A stretch of DNA of 64,000 nt from Eubacteriales bacterium (GCA_029225565.1 JAQXWS010000027.1:7585-71584), one strand, 5' to 3'; positions 36,179 through 46,669 are shown, numbered from the stretch's first letter. The notes: generated from the sequence alone by a model not told the origin. Numbers and translations are program-made.

Positions 36179-36982
36179 ATGGAAAATAAACCGCTTGTCT
36201 CCGTAATTATGGGAATATATAATTGCGCAGAAACTCTCGAAGAAGCTGTTCAGTGTATTATTAATCAAACTTACACTAATTGGGAATTAATTATGTGTGA
36301 TGATTGTTCAAAAGATAACACATATGAGGTAGCTTTGAAATTAGCAGAAAAGGATTCTCGAATTATAGTTATTAAGAATGAAAAGAATCTCACATTAGCT
36401 CCTACACTTAACAGATGTATTGATATCGCAAAAGGCGAATACATTGCCAGAATGGATGGTGATGATGTTTGTGATATAACGCGATTTGAAAAAGAATTGG
36501 ACTTTCTTGAAAATAATCCGCAGTATGCCATTGTTAGTTCTTTGATGAATCTTTATGATAAATGTGGTGTTTACAGAACAATAATGTATCGTGAAAAGCC
36601 ATCAAAAGAAAATTTTATTAAAGGTTCTCAGTTTTGTCATGCGGGCTGTATGATGAGAACAGAGGCAATAAAGACTGTTGGTGGATATAGTGAATCAATG
36701 AAATACAAGCGTGTAGAAGATTACGATTTATGGACTCGTATGTATAAGGCTGGTTATGTTGGTTTTAATATTCAAGAGCCGTTGTATTCTATGAGGGATG
36801 ATAGAAATGCAATTTCAAGGAGAACTCTTGAAAGTAGAAAGAACGAAGCGAGAGTTATCAAAAATGTTTATAAGTGGTTTAATATGCCTAAAAAAAATAT
36901 GATTCGTGTTATAATTCCTATAATCAAAGGGTTAGTTCCTAACTGTGTTTATAAGTATATACATAAAACTGGAGATAAATAA
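36179..36982 (+). CDS. GT2 family glycosyltransferase
   Basis: VSVIMGIYN, MCDDCS.D, YIARMDGDD, EDYDLW.RM. Confidence 0.92.
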   Translation: MENKPLVSVIMGIYNCAETLEEAVQCIINQTYTNWELIMCDDCSKDNTYEVALKLAEKDSRIIVIKNEKNLTLAPTLNRCIDIAKGEYIARMDGDDVCDITRFEKELDFLENNPQYAIVSSLMNLYDKCGVYRTIMYREKPSKENFIKGSQFCHAGCMMRTEAIKTVGGYSESMKYKRVEDYDLWTRMYKAGYVGFNIQEPLYSMRDDRNAISRRTLESRKNEARVIKNVYKWFNMPKKNMIRVIIPIIKGLVPNCVYKYIHKTGDK

Positions 36983-38082
36983 TGATAGTATATTACGGTG
37001 TTATAATTGCCGTGCTTGTCTTCGGAACATCGGCACAATTTGTCAACTCACGAGCAATACCAACGGAAAGAGTATCTTCTGATGGTACAATTAGATATAA
37101 GAACCATTACGGTATATTTTACCCAATTTTAGTTTTTATATTTATTTTTGTTGGTGGATTTAGATACTATGTTGGTACTGATTTCGGTGGTTATTATAAA
37201 TTATATAACTATAAGTGGAATGATGTTTTAGAGTCAATAAAAGCATTAGATGAACCTGGACTCAAATTAGTTTCTTTTATTGCGAGATATGTGTGGGATG
37301 ATGGTGTTTCTGTTATTTTGCTTAGTTGTATAATAACAACAGCATTGGTATTTTACGGTATTAGTAAATTTGACAATAATGACATAACGATAATGTTATT
37401 GATATATGTACTAATTGCTGGTTGGACTTTTTCGTTTAATGGTGTAAGGCAAGCTATGGCTGCATCAATAATTTTTGCTTTTGCAAGAGTTAATAAAAAC
37501 AATTGGATATTAAAGTATGTTTTAATATGCTTTATTGCTTTTTTGTTTCATAAATCTGCTCTTATGATGATACCGGTTTTATTATTGTCACATAGAAAAT
37601 TAAATAAATCACAAGTGTTATTATTAGTTATCAGTGCCGTTTTAATACCATTGTTTTTTGATTTTGCTTTTGATTTTATGGGTGCTGACACAACAAATGA
37701 AGACGCATTGGAATATATTGATAGACAAATAAATCCAATTAGAGTAGTTGTTTCTTTCGCTCCAGCTATATTATTAATATTTGTTGAAGATAAAAAAAGA
37801 TTTTTTGAGGACAATGGCTTTGCACTAAACCTGATGTTATTTAATGCAATTTTAACTCTTACTACGATGAATAGTGCATATTTGAATAGATTTACACAAT
37901 ATACGAGTATGTTTTTAATTATTTATTATCCAGCGACCTTAAAAGCGTTAAGCAAAAATATGCGCTTGATTGCAACATTTGCGGTAATACTTTTGTATTT
38001 CTTATACTTTAGATACGAGTTAACAAATGGAGTAGATGAGGTAGTGTGGAACTGGAGTTTCAGCCATTTTGGCGAAGCATAG
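36982..38082 (+). CDS. EpsG-family polysaccharide polymerase (Wzy)
   Basis: Polytopic; GFRYYVGTDF..Y, EPG, FNGVRQAMA, FHKSAL, NRF..Y. Confidence 0.85.
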   Translation: MIVYYGVIIAVLVFGTSAQFVNSRAIPTERVSSDGTIRYKNHYGIFYPILVFIFIFVGGFRYYVGTDFGGYYKLYNYKWNDVLESIKALDEPGLKLVSFIARYVWDDGVSVILLSCIITTALVFYGISKFDNNDITIMLLIYVLIAGWTFSFNGVRQAMAASIIFAFARVNKNNWILKYVLICFIAFLFHKSALMMIPVLLLSHRKLNKSQVLLLVISAVLIPLFFDFAFDFMGADTTNEDALEYIDRQINPIRVVVSFAPAILLIFVEDKKRFFEDNGFALNLMLFNAILTLTTMNSAYLNRFTQYTSMFLIIYYPATLKALSKNMRLIATFAVILLYFLYFRYELTNGVDEVVWNWSFSHFGEA

Positions 38083-38095
38083 TTTTGGAGGAGAT

Positions 38096-39079
38096 ATGAT
38101 TTCTGTAGCAATGGCTGTGTATAACGGTAGTAAATATATTATTAATCAACTTGAATCTATTAGAACACAAACAAGATCAGTTGATGAAGTTATCATGACG
38201 GATGACGGTTCGAACGATGGAACAATTGAACTTGTTGAAGAATATATAAAAAAACACAATTTAGAAAATTGGAAGATTATTAGAAATGAAAAAAATTTAA
38301 GGTTTAGTAAAAACTTTTTTAAAGCAGTTGATTATACACATGGCGACTATGTCTTTTTAGCTGACCAAGACGATGAGTGGCGTGAAGATAAAGTTGAATT
38401 GATGATTGCTGAATTTGAAAAAGATTCCAAATTGATGGCATTATCATCAACTTGTGTGATTATTGATGGAGAAGGAAATGATATTTCAAATTTAACAAAT
38501 GTTCCATTTCCTAATATGTCAGATGGAAAACTTGTTGATCACAGTTATAAAGAACTTGCTTTCAATTCAATTATTAGAGGTTGTACTGTTTGTATTAGAA
38601 GGGAAGTTGTTGAGCAAAATCATAATGTTGAGGTAGGACTATATTTAGGCCATGATTGGTTTTATAATACAGTAGCTTCAATCTTAGGAAAAAATAAAAC
38701 TTTAAATGTGCCTGTTTTTAGATACAGAGTACATGGTGAAAATGCTTCGTTGGGAAGGTATAATAGAAAAAATGCATTAGCAGTAGATCGTCAGAAAAAG
38801 ATTGATACACTACAACAAATTGCAGATGCACATAGATTTTTGCTTAATCAGTACAAGTTTCAAATGTCTCAAGATGATATTTGCTTTACAAATGTTATGA
38901 TATCATTTTTTGATGAACGTGTTAGAATGTATGAGAATAAAAGTCTATATATGTTTATGAAATTAGTAATTAGAGATTTTAAGTATTATGTTAATATCTA
39001 TGGAACGAAAAATGCTGCTTTACATACAATTTTGTCTGATTTTATGTATGCGTTTAATATTAATTTTAAGATAATATAA
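38096..39079 (+). CDS. GT2 family glycosyltransferase (rhamnosyltransferase-like)
   Basis: ISVAMAVYNG.KYI..QL.SI, DDGS.DGT, FLADQDDEW, GHDW, YRVHG.N. Confidence 0.88.
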   Translation: MISVAMAVYNGSKYIINQLESIRTQTRSVDEVIMTDDGSNDGTIELVEEYIKKHNLENWKIIRNEKNLRFSKNFFKAVDYTHGDYVFLADQDDEWREDKVELMIAEFEKDSKLMALSSTCVIIDGEGNDISNLTNVPFPNMSDGKLVDHSYKELAFNSIIRGCTVCIRREVVEQNHNVEVGLYLGHDWFYNTVASILGKNKTLNVPVFRYRVHGENASLGRYNRKNALAVDRQKKIDTLQQIADAHRFLLNQYKFQMSQDDICFTNVMISFFDERVRMYENKSLYMFMKLVIRDFKYYVNIYGTKNAALHTILSDFMYAFNINFKII

Positions 39080-39091
39080 AGAGGAATATTT

Positions 39092-40051
39092 ATGAATCCA
39101 TTAGTTTCGATTATTGTTCCAGTATATAATGTTGGACTATATCTTAACGATGCACTAAATAGTTTAAGAGAGCAAACATATAACAACTTGGAATTTGTAC
39201 TTATTGATGATGGTTCTGAAGACGAGAGTGGTGCAATCTGCGACAAGTTTGCAGAATTAGACAAAAGGTTTTCTGTTTTTCATAAGGAAAACGGAGGGGT
39301 GTCATCAGCTAGAAATATTGGCGTTGAAAAAGCAAGTGGCGAGTACATAATGTTTTTGGATGCCGATGATATGCTTGAAGAAAATGCTGTTGAAAAGCTT
39401 GTTGATATTATTACAAGAGAAACTGCAGATGTAGTGCTATTTGAATATACAGTTGACAGTGCAGATGGTTCATCAGTACCGGTTGTTCATTCAGAGTTAA
39501 ATGGGGAAATAGCAATAAAGGATGCCATTAAGCATTCTATAATGCCAACAAATAGATTTTTGTGGTCAAAAATTTATAAGGCTGAAATTGTTAAAAATAT
39601 TCGTTTTGATACTTCACTACATCTTGGTGAGGATACAGTTTTTGCATGTGAAGCTATGCTTCAAGGAAGCAAAGCTTACTTTTTAGCTGAACCACTTTAT
39701 CATTATGTTCAGTCAGAATCTAGTGCTACAAGAAAGCCATTCTTTGATAAAAGAATATTAAGTGGTAAGGATGCCTATTGGCGTTTGGTTGAAATATGCA
39801 AAGAAAACTATCCGGATTTAGTAAATATTGCAATTAAGCAATATGTTGAATTATTAATGATAATCATTATGGATATGTTTAAAAATCCAAAAGATAATGC
39901 AACTAATATCGAGCTATATTCAAAGGAAGTTAAGAAATATACAAGATCTGCAATAAAATCAGAAGATTGCACTCGTAGCACAATTATAAAATTAATATTA
40001 TGCAATATTAGTCCCAAACTTATGTACAAAGTGAGAAAGAAAATCAGATAA
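39092..40051 (+). CDS. GT2 family glycosyltransferase
   Basis: VSIIVPVYNV, DDGS.D.S, NGGVSSARN.G, FLDADD, GED..F. Confidence 0.92.
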   Translation: MNPLVSIIVPVYNVGLYLNDALNSLREQTYNNLEFVLIDDGSEDESGAICDKFAELDKRFSVFHKENGGVSSARNIGVEKASGEYIMFLDADDMLEENAVEKLVDIITRETADVVLFEYTVDSADGSSVPVVHSELNGEIAIKDAIKHSIMPTNRFLWSKIYKAEIVKNIRFDTSLHLGEDTVFACEAMLQGSKAYFLAEPLYHYVQSESSATRKPFFDKRILSGKDAYWRLVEICKENYPDLVNIAIKQYVELLMIIIMDMFKNPKDNATNIELYSKEVKKYTRSAIKSEDCTRSTIIKLILCNISPKLMYKVRKKIR

Positions 40052-40066
40052 TAAGGAGATTTATAA

Positions 40067-42427
40067 GTGAAGGCTGGAATTGTAACGCTTTTTGATAATA
40101 ATTATGGCAACAAGTTGCAGAATTATGCTGTTCAATATTTGCTTGAAAATAAAGGTTTTGATGTTGAAACCGTAGTTGTAAATACACGGAGTAGGGGTAT
40201 TGTTAAACCCAAAAATACGAAAACTGAGTTAGCAAAATTTTTACCATCATACATGGTTGATGTTTTGCGTTCGAGATTTAAAACTAAATATTTGTACAAG
40301 AATTCAAGAGACGGCATTTTATCTTCTATTAAATTTGCAAAAAAATCAGACTTTAAAGATTTGCTTGTTGCTAAAAGCGAATCATTTGATGAATTTACAA
40401 AAAAGAATTTGCATATTTCTAAAAACGAATTGAACTTTGAAAATGAAAACGATGCTGTTTGGGATAGTTATGACTATTTTATTGCCGGTTCTGATCAAGT
40501 TTGGAATCCCACATATCCAAGTACCTCTCGATTGTATTTTTTGTCATTTGCACCAAAGAACAAGCGTATTGCATTGGCACCAAGTATAGGGCTTTCTGAG
40601 CTTCCTGAATATGTCAAACCTTTGTATACTGAATGGATCAATGGCTTTGAAGCCTTGTCTGTTCGTGAAGAAAAAGGTGCTGCGATTATCAAAGAGCTTA
40701 CAGGTCGTGATGTTCCTGTTCTCGCAGATCCAACTCTTTGTGTTCCAAAGGACGAGTGGATAAGAATAGAAGAAATGCCTAATTTTGATTGTTCTGTACC
40801 TTATGTGTTTACATATTTTTTAGGTAATGAAACAAATAAATACAGAAGGTTCATTGACAAATATGCAAAAGAAAATAACTGTAAAGTAATAAACATTTTT
40901 GATTTGCGTGAACCTGAACATTATGTTGTTAATCCATCACACTTTATTTATTTGATTCATAATGCCAAAATGGTATTTACCGATTCATTTCATGGTAGCG
41001 TATTTTCTTTGATTATGCATACACCATTTGTTGTGTTTGATAGAATTGAAAATGGTGGACAAGGTATGAGTTCAAGAATTGATACTTTGCTCAAAACATT
41101 TTCTATGGAAAACAGACATTTTAATAAAATTGAAAAGGACATTGACAATATTGATTTTTCAAATGTTGATGATGCAATAAAAACTCTTCAACAAAAAACA
41201 GATCATTTCTTAAAAAAATCATTCGATCAATTACCTAAAATCAAGGAAGACAACAAAGTTTCTGGTTTTGTAGATTTTCTGGATGAAAAATCAGATTGCT
41301 GTGGATGTCATGCTTGTTATAACGCTTGTCCTAAGAATTGTATTACTATGGATACTGATAATGAAGGCTTTTGGTATCCAAATATTAATACTGAAGAATG
41401 TATTCATTGCAATATGTGTCAAAAGGTGTGTCCGTCAGTTAATAAAAGTGTAATTGAAAACAAACCAACTTCATATATCGGATATAACAGTAATCAAGAT
41501 GTAAGAAGAAATAGTTCATCCGGTGGTATGTTCACTCCTATTGCAGAAAGTATTATTGCTAATGACGGAGTCGTATTTGGTGCAGCTTTCAATGATGTCT
41601 TTGAAATTGAACATATTAAAATTGATACTATCGAAGAATTAAGTAAACTTCGTGGTTCAAAGTATGTTCAAAGCAAAATAGGAGATACATATAAGCAAAC
41701 TAAAGACCTGCTAACAGCAGGAAATAAAGTTTTGTTTACAGGAACTCCTTGTCAAATTGAAGGTTTGTATTCATATCTTGGTAAGTATATAAATGATAAT
41801 CTGTTTACACAAGATATTATTTGCCACGGTGTTCCTTCACCAAATGTTTGGAATGAGTATCTAAAATATAGAGCAAATGGCGCAGATATCAAGGATGTTT
41901 CGTTTAGAGATAAGAAATATGGTTGGCACTATTTCTCGATGAAAATTGATACCGATAAGAAAAAATATACAAAGCGACTTGATGAGGATCTGTTCATTAA
42001 ATTGTTCCTTGATAACACAATATTGCGTCCATCCTGTTATGCTTGTAAATATAAGAAAGAAATTAGAATTTCTGATTTCACCTTAGCGGATTGTTGGCAA
42101 CCGAATACCGTTAAATCACAATTAAAAGATGATGATAAAGGTTTGTCAATGATTTTTGTGAACACAGAAAAAGGTAAAAAATTATTTGAGGAAATCAAGG
42201 ATAAATATGTCGTTCAAGAAATAGATTATGATTTGGCAATTAAAAGCCAATCTGCAGCTACTTCTTCAGTAAAACCAAATATTCATAGACAGGATTTCTT
42301 CGTTAAGTTCTGTAATAATGATTTTGCATATATTGATAAAAATTGGTATGGTAATGATATTATTACGAATATAAAAAATTCTATGATTTATAAAAAAACA
42401 AAGCTTAATTTAATAATAAAAAGGTAA
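40067..42427 (+). CDS. Polysaccharide pyruvyltransferase domain fused to 4Fe-4S / FrhB-like (F420 hydrogenase beta subunit) domain
   Basis: N-terminal NYGNKLQNYA, GSDQVWNP, SVRE..G, DPT, TDSFHG. C-terminal CCGCHAC..ACP, CIHC.MC..VCP, SSSGG.F, GSKYVQS, GTPCQ, CHGVPS, LRPSCY.C. Confidence 0.88.
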   Translation: MKAGIVTLFDNNYGNKLQNYAVQYLLENKGFDVETVVVNTRSRGIVKPKNTKTELAKFLPSYMVDVLRSRFKTKYLYKNSRDGILSSIKFAKKSDFKDLLVAKSESFDEFTKKNLHISKNELNFENENDAVWDSYDYFIAGSDQVWNPTYPSTSRLYFLSFAPKNKRIALAPSIGLSELPEYVKPLYTEWINGFEALSVREEKGAAIIKELTGRDVPVLADPTLCVPKDEWIRIEEMPNFDCSVPYVFTYFLGNETNKYRRFIDKYAKENNCKVINIFDLREPEHYVVNPSHFIYLIHNAKMVFTDSFHGSVFSLIMHTPFVVFDRIENGGQGMSSRIDTLLKTFSMENRHFNKIEKDIDNIDFSNVDDAIKTLQQKTDHFLKKSFDQLPKIKEDNKVSGFVDFLDEKSDCCGCHACYNACPKNCITMDTDNEGFWYPNINTEECIHCNMCQKVCPSVNKSVIENKPTSYIGYNSNQDVRRNSSSGGMFTPIAESIIANDGVVFGAAFNDVFEIEHIKIDTIEELSKLRGSKYVQSKIGDTYKQTKDLLTAGNKVLFTGTPCQIEGLYSYLGKYINDNLFTQDIICHGVPSPNVWNEYLKYRANGADIKDVSFRDKKYGWHYFSMKIDTDKKKYTKRLDEDLFIKLFLDNTILRPSCYACKYKKEIRISDFTLADCWQPNTVKSQLKDDDKGLSMIFVNTEKGKKLFEEIKDKYVVQEIDYDLAIKSQSAATSSVKPNIHRQDFFVKFCNNDFAYIDKNWYGNDIITNIKNSMIYKKTKLNLIIKR

Positions 42428-42432
42428 TAGAT

Positions 42433-43359
42433 ATGAGTAATCCAAAAGTAAGTTTATTAGTTCCTTGTTACAATATTTCAGATGTATGTGAAAAGTTTTT
42501 TGTATCGTTATTGAATCAAACCTATGATAATTTGGAAATAGTTTTAATAAATGACGGCTCTAATGATAATACAGAAGATGTGCTTCTTGAAAACAAGGAA
42601 AAATTAGAGCAAAGAGGGTATGAAGTAAAATATATTTATCAAGATAACAAAGGTCTCGGCGGAGCAATAAATACAGGGTTAAAGGCTTTTACAGGGGAAT
42701 TCTTGTGTTGGGCAGATCCTGATGATTTTTTCGAACCGAATTCGTTTGAACTTCGCGTTAATTATATGACAGAACATCCAGAATGTGCGATTGTTTCAAG
42801 TGATGCCTACATTTACAATAATAATGAAAAAAGATTGTTGAGCTTATCTTTTCCTCATAATAGTGAAAAAGACCAATTTAAATTGCTATTAAAGAAAGAG
42901 TCAATGTTTTGCTCAGGTTGCCATATGATTCGTGTATCTGCCTTCGAAAAAGTAAATCCTGAAAGAGATATTTATGAATACCGTCGTGGACAAAATTGGC
43001 AATTATTGCTACCAATGTACTATTATTATGAAAGACATTTTTTGAATGTCCCTTTGTATAATTATGTAGTGTATGAAAATAGCATGTCTCATATTAATGA
43101 AACATATGAAGAAAAGATTCAAAGGAATAATGAGCACAAGGATGTTATTATTGAAACTTTAAACCGTATGAAATTGTCTACTGGGGACAAGAAGAAAATT
43201 TTGCAAAACGTTGACAGGATTTATAATAAAATAAATCTAGAGTACTCATATACAGAAAGAAATAAATCTGAGTTTAAAAAATATTATAAGATTTGTAAAA
43301 ATAATAATTCTGTTACACATAGAGATTTTATAAAAAAAATTATGATATTATTTAGGTGA
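42433..43359 (+). CDS. GT2 family glycosyltransferase
   Basis: VSLLVPCYN, NDGS.D.T, N.GLGGAIN.GL, WADPDD, GQNWQLLLP. Confidence 0.88.
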   Translation: MSNPKVSLLVPCYNISDVCEKFFVSLLNQTYDNLEIVLINDGSNDNTEDVLLENKEKLEQRGYEVKYIYQDNKGLGGAINTGLKAFTGEFLCWADPDDFFEPNSFELRVNYMTEHPECAIVSSDAYIYNNNEKRLLSLSFPHNSEKDQFKLLLKKESMFCSGCHMIRVSAFEKVNPERDIYEYRRGQNWQLLLPMYYYYERHFLNVPLYNYVVYENSMSHINETYEEKIQRNNEHKDVIIETLNRMKLSTGDKKKILQNVDRIYNKINLEYSYTERNKSEFKKYYKICKNNNSVTHRDFIKKIMILFR

Positions 43360-43363
43360 AATA

Positions 43364-44920
43364 ATGAGTCCAAATAATAAATCGAGAAAATTAATGGTAG
43401 TGAAAAATATCATTTGGGGATACGGGAATACTATTTTTACTACAATTTTGAAATTTGTATCAAGGTGGGCGTTTATTCATACTATTGGTGTTACTTATCT
43501 TGGAATTAATGGATTATATATGAACATTTTAAGTGTTCTTTCATTAACTGAACTTGGTATATCATCAGCAATGAATTACAGCCTTTATAAACCGGTTTCA
43601 GAAAATGATACTGAAAAAATTAAGTCAATAATGAAAGTGTACAAAAAAGCGTACCGAGTTATTGCATTTGTAGTATCTATTATCGGTGTTATGTTATTGC
43701 CCTTCTTGCAATACTTAATTAAAGATGCAAAGGGTTTAAGTAACAATGAATTAGTTTTTTATTATCTCTTGTTTTTGTTTAATACGGTATCTTCTTATTT
43801 TGTTTCTTATAAATATAGTTTGAACAATGCAGAACAAAAAGGATACATTACTAATAATATAAATACTGTTACTACAATTATTACTACTATTTTACAGATT
43901 ATTGCTCTGTTTGTTTTTGAGTCATTTACTGTATATTTAGTTGTTCAAATTTTGGTTCAATTAATCGGTAAAATTTTTGCTTCGTTGTATATTAATAAGC
44001 TTTATCCTTACTTAAAGGATAAAAATGTAAAAAGACTTGACAAAGAGACGAAAAAGAGCCTATTTGTTAATACAAAATCTTTAATGATGCATAAGCTTGG
44101 AGAGGTTGCTGTTAATCAAACTGATAATATTATTATTTCATCATTTATTAGTGTAAAAACAGTTGGTTTAATTTCCAACTACACGCTTGTTACGGGTACG
44201 GTTGATACATTTTTGTCAATAGTCTTTAATAATATTGTTGGTAGTTTAGGAAACTTATGTGCAACTACTGACAAAGAATATCAGTATAGAATTTATAAGA
44301 TATATGATTTTGTTGATTTTTGGATGTACGGATTTTGTGCAATAGCCTATGTTTCATTAATTCAGCCTTTTTCAGCTCTTATGTGGGGCAATGAATATGT
44401 TGTTGATTTTGAAGTAGTTGTTCTAATAATATTAAATACATATATTGTTGGCCAAAGAATTCCGCTTAATAACATGAAAACCGCTGCTGGAGTTTTCAAG
44501 CAGGATCAATATTTGCCTATAATACAAGCAGTATTGAATTTGGGAATTTCAATTTTATTAGCAAAAAAAGTCGGACTTATAGGTGTTTATATTGGAACAA
44601 TAGTATCGGGTATTATTCCAACATTTATCAGACCTTTATTAGTATATAAACCTTTGTTTGATAAAAATTCAGGTGAGTTTTATTTAATATTTTTTAAACA
44701 TTTGTTTGTTGTAGTAACAATAGGTGCTATAAACTATTATATTACAAGTCTTGTAATGTCCAAACTGAATTGGATAACATTTATGTTTTCGGTTATTATT
44801 ACAGCGATATTACCAAACATATTTATAATTTTGTTATATTTTAAAACAGATGAGTTTAAGTATGTAAAAAATATGATAATTAAAGTATTTAACAAAAATA
44901 GCATAAAAAGCAAATCCTAA
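43364..44920 (+). CDS. Wzx-type polysaccharide flippase
   Basis: About 14 TM helices; [35 protein letters not shown]. Confidence 0.85.
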   Translation: MSPNNKSRKLMVVKNIIWGYGNTIFTTILKFVSRWAFIHTIGVTYLGINGLYMNILSVLSLTELGISSAMNYSLYKPVSENDTEKIKSIMKVYKKAYRVIAFVVSIIGVMLLPFLQYLIKDAKGLSNNELVFYYLLFLFNTVSSYFVSYKYSLNNAEQKGYITNNINTVTTIITTILQIIALFVFESFTVYLVVQILVQLIGKIFASLYINKLYPYLKDKNVKRLDKETKKSLFVNTKSLMMHKLGEVAVNQTDNIIISSFISVKTVGLISNYTLVTGTVDTFLSIVFNNIVGSLGNLCATTDKEYQYRIYKIYDFVDFWMYGFCAIAYVSLIQPFSALMWGNEYVVDFEVVVLIILNTYIVGQRIPLNNMKTAAGVFKQDQYLPIIQAVLNLGISILLAKKVGLIGVYIGTIVSGIIPTFIRPLLVYKPLFDKNSGEFYLIFFKHLFVVVTIGAINYYITSLVMSKLNWITFMFSVIITAILPNIFIILLYFKTDEFKYVKNMIIKVFNKNSIKSKS

Positions 44921-44933
44921 AGGAGATAACAGA

Positions 44934-45026
44934 ATGAAAGGTATTATTCTTGCAGGTGATAGCGGAACAAGACTTTATCCGCTCACAATGATGACATCAA
45001 AGTAATTGTTGCAGAATTATGATAAG
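44934..45026 (+). pseudogene. rfbA: Glucose-1-phosphate thymidylyltransferase 5' remnant
   Basis: AAGGAG SD, then [33 protein letters not shown] replaces the expected Gln codon of SKQLLP.YDK, and similarity is lost afterwards. Confidence 0.88.
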
Positions 45027-45124
45027 TTTCTTCTTGTTTTCGTTAAAGGTGATAATGTTCGTGATTAGTTTTCATTGAAGATTACTGTAGCTTAAAAGTT
45101 AATATATCCCAATTGAGTGCCAAG

Positions 45125-45185
45125 AGTGCCGGGAATGGAAATGACAATGATTATGTCATTTCATCCTGGCACTTTTTTATTTTTT
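45125..45185. other. Long imperfect hairpin (terminator-like or mobile-element remnant)
   Basis: AGTGCC..GGA..GAAATGACA / TGTCATTTC..ATCC..GGCACT followed by a T tract. Confidence 0.55.
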
Positions 45186-45480
45186 TCAATAAGTCAATAG
45201 CCTAAAAAATATTAAAATGTAATATAAAGAAGTGTAAGGATTTTATTATGAAAATCTTTATATATGCTACCAGACCTTTTTGCTGGTGCTGGTGGTATAC
45301 ATAAGGATTTCCTTAAATATTAAAAAATTAAATCTGGTGTTTTTGGACGCGTACAGAAACGACGGATACATAACTGATGGACAAGCTGTATATAGGCTTT
45401 AAGTCAGATTAAGTACCCTCTTTTTTGTTGCGTCTTTTTTTGTATCCGTCTGTCTTGCCAGGACAGAAAGGGATACTCAA

Positions 45481-45675
45481 ATGAAGGTTTTTTATCAATT
45501 TGCTGATGGTACGACATCAATAGTTGAGGTTGATAATGAATTAGGCGATCAAATCAAAGAAATGGAACGCTACGAAGACAAAATACAAAAAAGAGAGCAA
45601 GGGGATATGTCCAAAAGAATGCATAAAATTTTAGCAAGAATTAGGGAATTTGAGAGAGCGCGAAAAGTATTTTAA
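45481..45675 (+). CDS. Small ICE/phage-type sigma-70-region-4-like protein, apparently internally deleted
   Basis: MKVFYQFADGTTSIVEVDNELGDQI resembles the N-terminus of mobile-element sigma-like proteins; SKRMHKILARIREF resembles their HTH exit helix; AAAGGGA SD. Confidence 0.45.
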   Translation: MKVFYQFADGTTSIVEVDNELGDQIKEMERYEDKIQKREQGDMSKRMHKILARIREFERARKVF

Positions 45676-45894
45676 AAATGCAAAGAAAGTTGGATATATC
45701 AAGCCATTAGAAAAATACACAAACAATACGATAATTAAAAAAATAGTAAACCGTTTAAAAAGTATAATCAAGTAACAATATTTATTTTCTATGTGATGTT
45801 GTGTTGAAAATGTTGCAGAAAAATATGTTGCATTGGTATTGATTTGTTGTTATAATGATATCGTCAAAAAAATTCATAATTGAGGAGTAAAATT

Positions 45895-46572
45895 ATGGCA
45901 GACGAAAAGAAAAAAATCAGTCTCGGCGGCATTGACAGTGCCGCAGAGGAAAAAGGCTCATTTATCAAAACTGTTTGGCAGCTTGTCAAGTTTTTGGTAG
46001 TATCCGGTCTTGTTACCATCATTCAGTTGGTACTGGCTAATGTGCTTCCCTTTGTATTTGACAAGGTAACAACACCTGTATGGGGATTTCTTCAGGGCAT
46101 TTTTGACCCGAATGTAGTTTTTGACCCATCCACAGCAGAGGGCGCAAAGCAGGTTGCAAAGTATGTAGTTGATGCAAGCGGTAACCTTCTTGGCGATTCG
46201 GCTATTGTTAACGGTGCTGTTGTTGCCGGCGGTATTGTAACCTTTGGTTACTTGCTTCCGTTCTTCCTGTCAAACCTTATTGCCAACATTTACGGCTTCT
46301 ATCAAAACAAGAAGACAACATTCAAGTCAGACGCTCCATGGTACAACTTTGCAGCATACATTGTACTTATGATAGCTCTTATTCTGTTCTCTACTTGGTT
46401 CCAGGGATGGCTTGTAGGTATTATGGCAAAGATTCCTTGGGCATGGCTGCAGCCTCTTGCAAGAACAATTGCAGGTCTTGCTGCCGGCTTTGTACAGATG
46501 GTAGTTCTCTTCCCGATGGAGAAGTTCGTTCTTCTGAAAGAAAAGAAGGAAGACGCCCCTGCAGAGGCATAA
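45895..46572 (+). CDS. GtrA-like membrane protein
   Basis: WQLVKFLVVSGLVTIIQL, FYQNKKTTFKS, four hydrophobic segments; GAGGAG SD; TTGCAT-17-TATAAT promoter. Confidence 0.6.
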   Translation: MADEKKKISLGGIDSAAEEKGSFIKTVWQLVKFLVVSGLVTIIQLVLANVLPFVFDKVTTPVWGFLQGIFDPNVVFDPSTAEGAKQVAKYVVDASGNLLGDSAIVNGAVVAGGIVTFGYLLPFFLSNLIANIYGFYQNKKTTFKSDAPWYNFAAYIVLMIALILFSTWFQGWLVGIMAKIPWAWLQPLARTIAGLAAGFVQMVVLFPMEKFVLLKEKKEDAPAEA

Positions 46573-46591
46573 TTGAATTATTGCAAAAATC

Positions 46592-46665
46592 AGAGCAACC
46601 CATTGGGTTGCTCTTTTTTTGCGATTACAGTATTAAAGGAGCAGTGCCTTGGGCATTGCTCCTTT
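46592..46665. terminator. Back-to-back terminators of convergent genes
   Basis: AGAGCAACCC/GGGTTGCTCT plus T7 (46592-46620) and AAAGGAGCAGTGCC/GGCATTGCTCCTTT (46635-46665). Confidence 0.75.
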
Positions 46666-46669
46666 GTAG

